In this document: one piece after another, positions 1 to 6,795 of the stretch
Position numbering within the stretch: position 1 is the stretch's first letter
Layout of the letters: each line of letters opens with the position of its first letter
From: Psychrobacter cryohalolentis K5
Lineage (GTDB): Bacteria > Pseudomonadota > Gammaproteobacteria > Pseudomonadales > Moraxellaceae
Direction of reading: 5' to 3'
Assembly (NCBI RefSeq): GCF_000013905.1
Contig: NC_007969.1
Location: 480,001-512,000 of the forward strand
DNA: 32,000 nucleotides
The notes under the pieces: model-generated
Seen by the model: the letters and a program-made list of their open reading frames with translations, nothing else
Told to the model about the DNA's origin: nothing
Databases searched by the model: none
Made by a program: the position numbers and the translations under genes

Positions 1-54
1 TAAAGTCAGTAATATCGCGGTAAAGGTTGCCACAAACACATTATCAAAACTCAT
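1..54 (-). CDS. LrgB/CidB-like membrane protein, first 18 codons only (runs off the left edge)
   Basis: Reverse-strand ATG at 54..52 is preceded by AAGGAA (64..59) with a 4-nt spacer. It reads MSFDNVFVATFTAILLTL (hydrophobic) and lies 31 nt downstream of the LrgA-like stop, which is the usual lrgA-lrgB order. The fragment is too short for a sequence-based family call. Confidence 0.4.
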   Translation of the reverse strand, partial: MSFDNVFVATFTAILLTL

Positions 55-85
55 AAAATTCCTTTATCCATACCGCTCAAGGCTG

Positions 86-529
86 TCATTTTTGCTCATT
101 AATGGTAGTGTTGCCGTTCATATCATTATTACGGTTCAGCCAACGATTGGATAACACGGCAAATCCCCAAATCGGTATCAGCGTACTAATCAGTATGGTA
201 AGCATAAAGCCCCATAGCTCATCTCCTAAAGCAAATAACAGCAAGCCTGCACCGGCTGAAACTGGCAAAAAAGCAAAGCCACTATCGACAAGTAAAGTAT
301 TACTCGCTTGGGTAAGCCAGCCTGGAATACCTTTGATAAATCGCCAAATCATCAGAATAAAAAACATGGTCAGTAAGCCGACGATATTGGCCGCTTTTTC
401 AATACCCGCCAACTGACAGACAAATACTGCCGACTCACGCACAGTAACGACAATGGTGAGCGTCAGGAGTAATGCCATCCATAAGGGCATTTTTGAAGAA
501 TGGGTAGACTTCATAAGCAAGTGGACCAC
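86..529 (-). CDS. CidA/LrgA family holin-like membrane protein (YohJ-like)
   Basis: Small 4-TM protein. The C-terminal half (GFAFLPVSAGAGLLLF...LTILISTLIPIWGFAVLSNRWL) resembles the YohJ/LrgA pattern (LLFVPxGVGVM...). The start is ambiguous: GTG 529, ATG 514 or ATG 490, none with a good SD. Confidence 0.65.
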   Translation of the reverse strand: MVHLLMKSTHSSKMPLWMALLLTLTIVVTVRESAVFVCQLAGIEKAANIVGLLTMFFILMIWRFIKGIPGWLTQASNTLLVDSGFAFLPVSAGAGLLLFALGDELWGFMLTILISTLIPIWGFAVLSNRWLNRNNDMNGNTTINEQK

Positions 530-732
530 GTCAGGGATAGATAAAAGAGTAAAAAGATGAGTGAGAGGAGATTCACGAGTGCAGTATATAAAAGATTATA
601 TATATAGTATCGCAACTAATAAAGCGTATCGGTCAATAGTGACCATATAGTCTGTAAGTAATAAAATCGATACATCGATATATAGCTGTTGCTAATACGA
701 GTTTCTCTTGTACGCTATGTTGATTCAGCATT

Positions 733-766
733 AAAAAGGACACTATTAATAAATAGCGTCCTTTTT
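733..766 (-). terminator. Rho-independent terminator of hflX
   Basis: AAAAA-GGACACTAT / ATAGCGTCC-TTTTT hairpin (one mismatch), 30 nt beyond the hflX stop. Confidence 0.7.
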
Positions 767-797
767 AATTTTATTCAAAGTATGTTAAGTAAATGAC

Positions 798-2267
798 TTA
801 TTTTTGCAAGTCGGATGTTTGAGTATCTTCTATCAGCAAGTCTTCCGCTACTCTCTCAGCTTCAGCATTTAACGCCTCAAATTCAGCAAACGCTTTTTCT
901 TCAGCATCCGTCATCGTTTGTTCTTCCACATCATCAGGCTGCTCAAACTCTTCAAGTATCGGCATCAGCAATGTTGCTTGCGCTAATGGCAATACATCTA
1001 GAGGCTCTAAGTTGGCTTGACCAAGTAACTGTCTCAGTCTATCGCTTGGCAAGCGAATCGTTAAGCACTCATGACCACTGTCATCATAGCTTTCTTCTTG
1101 AATAACGCCGAGCTCATACAAAGCATTTTTTAACTGCCCTGCGCTATAAGGTAGGGTCAAATCAAAGGTGGTCAGTGTGCCAGTTAGTAATTGCTGCACG
1201 GCCAATGACAACTCTTCCATGCCTAAGTTTTCTCTAGAAGAAACATAGACGCGGTTGGGTTGACCTTCGCTAGCATAACCGATACGTGCAGGCTCATCGG
1301 TCACATCAATCTTGTTGTAGACATTAAGCACAGGCACATCATTATCAATTTCAGCCAGTACATCTTTCACCGCCTGAATTTGCTCATGCATGTCTTCGCT
1401 CGAAGAATCGATGACATGGAGCAATAGGTCTGCTTCAAGTGTCTCTTCTAAGGTCGCATGGAAAGATTCAACCAATTCATGTGGAAGATGACGGACAAAA
1501 CCTACTGTGTCGACCAGTACCACACGTCCTACACCTTGCCAATCTAAGCGGCGTAACGTCGGATCGAGTGTCGCAAACAGTTTGTCGGCCGCATAAATGT
1601 TTTCATCGACCAAGCGATTAAACAAAGTAGACTTACCAGCATTGGTATAACCCACAAGCGAAATAGTCGGTACATCTGATTTTTGACGGCGAGCTCGACC
1701 TTGCGCACGCGTCTGTCTGACTTTTTCGATTCTACTTTTGAGCTGCATGACTCGCACTTGTAGCAAGCGACGATCCGTCTCAAGCTGGGTTTCACCGGGT
1801 CCACGTAGACCAATACCCCCTTTTTGACGTTCCAAATGCGTCCAACCACGTACCAAACGTGTCGACAAATGGTTAAGCTGTGCCAGCTCTACTTGTAGCT
1901 TACCTTCGTAAGTACGTGCACGCTGCGCGAAAATGTCCAAAATCAGACCCGTGCGATCAAGTACGCGGCATTGTACCAAGGCTTCAATGTTACGCTCTTG
2001 TGAAGGCGATAAGCTGTGGTTAAAAAGCACGATGTCCGCATCATGCTCGCGCACCAGTTCTGCTATCTCTTCTGCTTTGCCGCTACCAACAAAATATCTG
2101 GCGTCAGGGCGTGCACGTGAGCCTGTGACCAGTGCCAAGCGGTCTGCGCCTGCTGAGTCTGCCAATAATTCAAATTCCCCTAAATCATCAGGATCTTGAA
2201 TTTGGCGGATGTCTAAATGTACAATGATGGCGCGCTCGCCACCGGTATGTCTTTCAAAATATTCCAA
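798..2267 (-). CDS. hflX: GTPase HflX
   Basis: HflX N-domain, then a G domain with G1 GYTNAGKST, G3 DTVGF and G4 NKID. TTG start at 2267 is preceded by AGGTGA with a 6-nt spacer. It carries an acidic C-terminal tail of about 60-70 aa. Confidence 0.95.
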   Translation of the reverse strand: MEYFERHTGGERAIIVHLDIRQIQDPDDLGEFELLADSAGADRLALVTGSRARPDARYFVGSGKAEEIAELVREHDADIVLFNHSLSPSQERNIEALVQCRVLDRTGLILDIFAQRARTYEGKLQVELAQLNHLSTRLVRGWTHLERQKGGIGLRGPGETQLETDRRLLQVRVMQLKSRIEKVRQTRAQGRARRQKSDVPTISLVGYTNAGKSTLFNRLVDENIYAADKLFATLDPTLRRLDWQGVGRVVLVDTVGFVRHLPHELVESFHATLEETLEADLLLHVIDSSSEDMHEQIQAVKDVLAEIDNDVPVLNVYNKIDVTDEPARIGYASEGQPNRVYVSSRENLGMEELSLAVQQLLTGTLTTFDLTLPYSAGQLKNALYELGVIQEESYDDSGHECLTIRLPSDRLRQLLGQANLEPLDVLPLAQATLLMPILEEFEQPDDVEEQTMTDAEEKAFAEFEALNAEAERVAEDLLIEDTQTSDLQK

Positions 2268-2312
2268 AGAGTATCACCTATCCATAAAGTAAATAAATCG
2301 CAACGCTGCCTA

Positions 2313-2351
2313 TTCTAAATACCAGTTCTAAATATCACTTCTAAATATTTG
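2313..2351. repeat. Three tandem 13-bp units, each starting TTCTAAATA
   Basis: TTCTAAATA occurs at 2313, 2326 and 2339 (exact 13-bp period), 46-85 bp upstream of the hflX TTG start in the hflX / acyltransferase divergent region. Confidence 0.85.
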
Positions 2352-2693
2352 GGTTTTATTCAATACATTGAGTAAATTACCAAGCTTATCTAAATAGAAT
2401 ATCCATCATAGTCGCGTTCAGATAACCATTTATATGTGGTCTTATCAGTTGATATTAAAGCGTATTCACACAATTAGCGATGATTTTATGTTACAGCGTT
2501 CATTAAGTAGGATTTCATCTTTGCAGCGCAATATTCTTTCTAAAATGAATCAGTTAGAGACATTAGCAGCAAATTACTCACAAAACCTATTCATAAATCA
2601 GTGAACAAGTAGTCACTGACTGCATAAACTTTGTTATACTCATTGCGTTTGTTTACCATATATAATCATAAGTTTTAATTACGAGGGACACAG

Positions 2694-3494
2694 ATGAGCC
2701 AACCCAAGCCAGGCTTTTCAATCAAACAGCAATTGGGGCGCGGCAAACAGATTGCTGGTATGACCACCACAATTGCTGGTGGGCTACGGGCCGCCCAACG
2801 TATCGGGGCATTTAAACAGCCACCACGCGAAACACTGCCGCGCTACATTCAAGCTTTTTGTCGCAAAATGGCAGGCTCTTTTGGCGTCAAGGTTATCGCC
2901 GTTGAGCGCGTAGAGCAACATCACGGGCTATGGGTTTCTAACCATGTATCGTGGATGGATATCCCTGTGGTCGGTACAGTGAGCCCTGCTTTTTTCTTAT
3001 CCAAAGCCGAAATAGGTGAATGGCCTATCTTTGGTAAGCTGGCACACGCGGCAGGTACAGTATTTATCGAGCGTGGTTCCGGTGATGTCGGCTCAGTTGC
3101 GTCGCAAATTGCTAACTTTTTAACCAAAGGCTTCTCGGTTATCTTTTTCCCTGAAGCGACTACCACAGATGGCAAAAAAATCAAACGTATCCATGGCACC
3201 TTGCTACAAGCGGCGATAGACGCTGATGTACCTGTGCGCCCGCTGGTGATTGCGTATGTCAATAAAGACGGTACCTTAAGTGAAGAATTGCCTTATTACG
3301 GCAAGCTGACGATGAAAGACAGTTTGAAAAAGGTTTTAGATAGTAAAGATGTCACCGCTTACGTCTTACCACTAGAAGCAATCGATCCTAAAGGTTTGAG
3401 TAAAAGTCAGCTGACAGATTTATTACAATTACGTATGCAAGAAGGCTTAGCTGAATTACATTCGCGTGTATTGACAAAAATAGCGAAAGTTTAA
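2694..3494 (+). CDS. 1-acyl-sn-glycerol-3-phosphate (lysophospholipid) acyltransferase, PlsC family
   Basis: HX4D motif NHVSWMD, FPEATTTDG (FPEGTR-like block III) and an N-terminal hydrophobic/basic region. SD GAGGGA lies 6 nt before the ATG. Confidence 0.85.
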   Translation: MSQPKPGFSIKQQLGRGKQIAGMTTTIAGGLRAAQRIGAFKQPPRETLPRYIQAFCRKMAGSFGVKVIAVERVEQHHGLWVSNHVSWMDIPVVGTVSPAFFLSKAEIGEWPIFGKLAHAAGTVFIERGSGDVGSVASQIANFLTKGFSVIFFPEATTTDGKKIKRIHGTLLQAAIDADVPVRPLVIAYVNKDGTLSEELPYYGKLTMKDSLKKVLDSKDVTAYVLPLEAIDPKGLSKSQLTDLLQLRMQEGLAELHSRVLTKIAKV

Positions 3495-3530
3495 TTCTAT
3501 ATGCTTTAAATTGGTTAGTTAAACGTGTAT

Positions 3531-3580
3531 AAAAAAGGCGCAAATCGCAGTAATAATACTTGCGATTTGCGCCTTTTTTT
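3531..3580. terminator. Bidirectional terminator (acyltransferase / tas)
   Basis: AAAAAA-GGCGCAAATCGCAG...TTGCGATTTGCGCC-TTTTTTT, a 14-bp stem between convergent genes. Confidence 0.9.
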
Positions 3581-3653
3581 AACTGATAGATACTTGTATC
3601 TTTTTTGAAGAAAATAGAATGACTCTATTTATAAAAAGTCTAATAAGCATCAA

Positions 3654-4694
3654 CTATGGTGAAGGATTAGGTTGTTGAGTATGTACCGCTTCGATAGCGT
3701 CTAGTACATCTGAGTCTAAGGTTAAGTTAATGCTATCAATGTTAGATTTTAGCTGCTCAATGGTGGTCGCGCCAATGATATTGCTGGTTACAAACGAGCG
3801 TGAGTTAACAAAGGCTAATGCCATTTGCGCCATATCTAAACCGGTATCATCTGCGATTTTGGCATATTGGGCGGTGGCTGATAGTGCTTCTTCATTAGTA
3901 TAACGGGCAAAGCGATCATACATGGTCAAGCGCGCGCCAGTAGGACGTTTACCATCGAGATACTTACCAGATAGCACACCAAAGCCTAGTGGTGAATAAG
4001 CAAGTAAACCCACATTTTCACGATGCGCAATCTCTGCCATAGCCACTTCATATAAGCGGTTAAGCAAACTATAAGGGTTTTGCACCGTAATAGGTGCGAT
4101 CAAACCATTCTTATCCGCTTCCCATAAGTAGCGCATCAATCCCCAAGCAGTATCGTTTGATAATCCATAAGCACGGATACGACCTTTTTTAATCTCGTCA
4201 TTTAACGCTTGGATGGTTTCTAAAAAAGGCGTCAAATCATCGAGCGGCTGTGCTGCCATTGCTTTGGTATAACCGAGCTGACTGAAATAGTTCGTTTGAC
4301 GTTCAGGCCAGTGTAGTTGGTAGATATCAATATAATCGGTCTGCAAACGCTCAAGATTGCCATCAATAGCACTGCTGATATGCGCGGCATTAAAACGCGT
4401 TTGCCCATCACGTAAAAAATCCATTGGCGATATCTTACTGGCAAGAACGACTTTATCGCGTTGTTTGGTCTTTTGGAACCATGTGCCCATAAAGCGCTCA
4501 GTATCGCCTTGCTTATCTTTATCTGGCGGTGAGGGATACATCTCAGCAGTATCCCAAAAATTTACGCCTTCACTGAGTGCTAGGTCCATCTGCTCATGTG
4601 CATCGCTTTCGCTATTTTGCTGTCCCCACGTCATCGTTCCCAAGCAGATTTTGGAGACTTTTTCATTGAGTTGCGGCAGTGTTTGATATTGCAT
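3654..4694 (-). CDS. tas: NADP(H)-dependent aldo/keto reductase, Tas-like
   Basis: The N-terminus MQYQTLPQLNEKVSKICLGTMTWGQQNSESDAHEQMDLALSEGVNFWDTAEMYP is close to E. coli Tas as I remember it. SD AAGGAAG lies 5 nt before the ATG. Confidence 0.9.
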   Translation of the reverse strand: MQYQTLPQLNEKVSKICLGTMTWGQQNSESDAHEQMDLALSEGVNFWDTAEMYPSPPDKDKQGDTERFMGTWFQKTKQRDKVVLASKISPMDFLRDGQTRFNAAHISSAIDGNLERLQTDYIDIYQLHWPERQTNYFSQLGYTKAMAAQPLDDLTPFLETIQALNDEIKKGRIRAYGLSNDTAWGLMRYLWEADKNGLIAPITVQNPYSLLNRLYEVAMAEIAHRENVGLLAYSPLGFGVLSGKYLDGKRPTGARLTMYDRFARYTNEEALSATAQYAKIADDTGLDMAQMALAFVNSRSFVTSNIIGATTIEQLKSNIDSINLTLDSDVLDAIEAVHTQQPNPSP

Positions 4695-4735
4695 ATGTTC
4701 TTCCTTTTTTATTTTATTCTAAAGCAATTTTTATA

Positions 4736-5233
4736 TTACATGAGCTTGATGCCTGTGACACCCGGCGGCGTCACTTGAAAGATTTTAATTTTAAACTGCA
4801 CAGATTGTCCAGCAAGCGGATGGTTAAAGTCTACTTCTACTTCGTCATCAGTGATGGCGCTAATCGTACCGGGTAGAGTGTTTTTACCTTTGTCTTCAAA
4901 TTCTACTAGCATGCCAATTTCAGGATTGTCAGCGATAAGCGCAAACTGAGTAGGGCTAAAGCGTTGGATGTTGTCAGGATTCCATTCACCAAATGCTTGC
5001 TCTGGCTCAAGATGAGCGGAACGCGTATCGCCTGCACGCAGATTCATCAGCACTTGCTCAAAGCCAGGTAACAAGCTCTCATCACCTATAGTTAAAGTAA
5101 CGGGTGTATCACGGCTAAAGGTTGAATCAATTACGGTGCCATTCTCGAGCGATACTTCAAAATGCAGCTTAACTAGGCTGCCAAAGGTGATACGTACATC
5201 TTCATTGGGTGTAATAAATTGCGAGTCGGTCAT
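4736..5233 (-). CDS. fkpB: FKBP-type peptidyl-prolyl cis-trans isomerase (FkpB/SlpA type)
   Basis: LPGFEQVLMNLRAGD...LEPEQAFGEWNPDNIQ...VDFNHPLAGQSVQFKIKI matches the FkpB/SlyD FKBP + IF-insert pattern. tas starts 41 nt downstream, so the two are probably co-transcribed. Confidence 0.85.
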   Translation of the reverse strand: MTDSQFITPNEDVRITFGSLVKLHFEVSLENGTVIDSTFSRDTPVTLTIGDESLLPGFEQVLMNLRAGDTRSAHLEPEQAFGEWNPDNIQRFSPTQFALIADNPEIGMLVEFEDKGKNTLPGTISAITDDEVEVDFNHPLAGQSVQFKIKIFQVTPPGVTGIKLM

Positions 5234-5377
5234 GGAAAATTTACCTATTACTGGAGTAGGAAGTTAGGTGGACATCAATATAAGAAATGATAAGTCATTT
5301 AGAAAAGGTTGTAAGCGCCAATAGTGTAACGTAAATAGTGTAATATATTTGGCGAATCTAAAAGTGAGCGCAACATT

Positions 5378-6049
5378 ATGGCAAAACCGATGGCAACTAA
5401 ACAACAAGGTCGAGTCACAAAATGGCAAGACGATAAAGGCTTTGGTTTTATTGAAACCGAAGCAGGCGAGTCGGTATTTTTTCATGTCAGCGCGTTTAAA
5501 GCGCAGCGTCGTCCTGTTATCGGCGAAGAGGTTGTTTTTATCGTTGGATATGATAATCAAAGACGATTGCAAGCAAAAGAGGTGCAAGAGCTGAGCTTTG
5601 TACAACAAAAGATGGCGCAAAAAAATAAGCAAATTCGTCAGCGTAATCACAAACGTAACGCCCAAGCAGAGTTTGAAGCAGGACAAAAGAAACGCTTGTT
5701 TCTTGGTGTTGGATTTTATGGTGTATTGATATTACTGGCGGTCATGAATAAGCTTAGCTGGCTAGTCGTTGGGTGGTATGCTGTATTGGGTATGATAACC
5801 TATACCATGTATGCCAAAGACAAAGCGGCTGCTCAAAATAATGACTGGCGAACACCTGAGATGACATTACATATTTTAAGTGCGCTTGGTGGCTGGGTAG
5901 GGGCAATGGTCGCACAAACCTACTTGCGTCATAAGTCACAAAAGCCTGAATTTCGTATTGCGTATTATTTGACTGTCATCATTAACATGGCAGGGTTACT
6001 ATTTATATTGGCGGATGGCGGTTTGGATTTTCTGGAAGAATTGTTATAG
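5378..6049 (+). CDS. Cold-shock domain (CSD) + DUF1294 membrane protein
   Basis: N-terminus GRVTKWQDDKGFGFIETEAGESVFFHVSAFK carries RNP1 KGFGFI and an RNP2-like VFFHV. The C-terminus has TM helices and YAKDKAAAQNNDWRTPEMTLHILSALGGWVGAMVAQTYLRHKSQKPEF, the DUF1294 signature. Confidence 0.85.
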   Translation: MAKPMATKQQGRVTKWQDDKGFGFIETEAGESVFFHVSAFKAQRRPVIGEEVVFIVGYDNQRRLQAKEVQELSFVQQKMAQKNKQIRQRNHKRNAQAEFEAGQKKRLFLGVGFYGVLILLAVMNKLSWLVVGWYAVLGMITYTMYAKDKAAAQNNDWRTPEMTLHILSALGGWVGAMVAQTYLRHKSQKPEFRIAYYLTVIINMAGLLFILADGGLDFLEELL

Positions 6050-6077
6050 GTTTTAGATAGTGAGAATAAAAGCCAAA

Positions 6078-6114
6078 GAAAAGGTGGATTTACAAAAATG
6101 CAATCCACCTTTTC
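6078..6114. terminator. Bidirectional terminator (CSD-DUF1294 / lspA)
   Basis: AAGGTGGATT-loop-AATCCACCTT hairpin with flanking A- and T-rich runs, between convergent genes. Confidence 0.8.
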
Positions 6115-6144
6115 TATTAATAAAGCGATATGCCTTGAGACGCG

Positions 6145-6795
6145 TTAAACTTCACGCTTTTTTTCCAAAAACAGCATATCGATGACAATCAATAATACAC
6201 CGATAGAAATGCCAATATCAGCAATATTAAAAATGGGATAATGCCAAACATCAGCATAATGCACATGTATAAAATCAATGACGTGACCATGTAATAAGCG
6301 ATCGATTAAATTGCCCACGGCACCGCCTAATACCAATGCCAAACCTAGTGATAACAGCTTAGCTTGACGGGGCGCTTTAGCTAGATAGCCTATCAAGAAT
6401 AGCGACATCAATAGTGCCAGCCCTGAAAAAAACCACTTTTGCCAACCGCCTGCATCTGCCAAAAAGCTAAAAGCAGCACCGTAGTTGTAAGCGAGCGTCC
6501 AGTTTAAAAACGGCTCAATCACAGGCACAGGTTCAAGGAAGGTCAGATTGGTTTCTGCGAGCCATTTTGTCCATTGATCAAGGATAATCACGACCAGTGA
6601 CAACAGATACCAGTTAAGCGCAAGACGACCATTAGCGATCATCTTTGGCGTCTTGTTCAATCGACTCTTCGGCGTCGATGAGCTACCCGTAGTGGCATGA
6701 GCCGGTTTAGGTGAACTGTCGACGTCGATAGGCACTTGCTTATCGTCAGGCAAATTTGTTGGATTAGGCGTTGGATTGGGTGTTGTATTAGGCAT
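6145..6795 (-). CDS. lspA: Lipoprotein signal peptidase II with a Pro/Thr-rich N-terminal extension
   Basis: Core LDQWTKW...NYGAAFSF...[10 protein letters not shown]...VIDFI...[11 protein letters not shown] is typical LspA. I prefer the ATG at 6795 (GGAGAGG 9 nt upstream, 8-nt overlap with the ileS stop), although the ORF is open to 6816. The canonical LspA N-terminus begins only near the Met at 6642. Confidence 0.88.
   Translation of the reverse strand: MPNTTPNPTPNPTNLPDDKQVPIDVDSSPKPAHATTGSSSTPKSRLNKTPKMIANGRLALNWYLLSLVVIILDQWTKWLAETNLTFLEPVPVIEPFLNWTLAYNYGAAFSFLADAGGWQKWFFSGLALLMSLFLIGYLAKAPRQAKLLSLGLALVLGGAVGNLIDRLLHGHVIDFIHVHYADVWHYPIFNIADIGISIGVLLIVIDMLFLEKKREV

Noticed and set aside
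64-72. TTATCCATA, one mismatch from a DnaA box
   Set aside because: It is a single isolated near-match with no cluster and no AT-rich unwinding element context.
102-416. Other track ORFs nested in or antisense to confident genes. Examples: 102..416, 815..1105, 1544..1849, 1933..2199, 2921..3262, 4357..4686, 6825..7268, 7355..7726, 8177..8455, 11298..11504, 14573..14809, 18206..18527, 19705..20100, 23514..23708, 24205..24447, 27827..28018, 28493..28759, 29432..29722, 30494..30910
   Set aside because: Each lies inside a gene with strong family motifs on the other strand or frame. They have biased junk-like composition and no start context.
2488-2604. 38-codon plus-strand ORF (MLQRSLSRISSLQRNILSKMNQLETLAANYSQNLFINQ) ending in a CAGTGA/TCACTG hairpin, in the hflX/acyltransferase intergenic region
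   Set aside because: There is no SD or promoter evidence, and the length is within chance expectation for AT-rich DNA. It is worth a look only if comparative data show frame conservation.
5264-5686. 140-aa minus-strand ORF (and the 81-aa plus-strand alternative frame at 5349..5594) overlapping the CSD-DUF1294 gene
   Set aside because: The plus-strand frame at 5378 gives textbook cold-shock and DUF1294 motifs. The overlapping ORFs are Leu/Phe/Cys-rich shadow frames.
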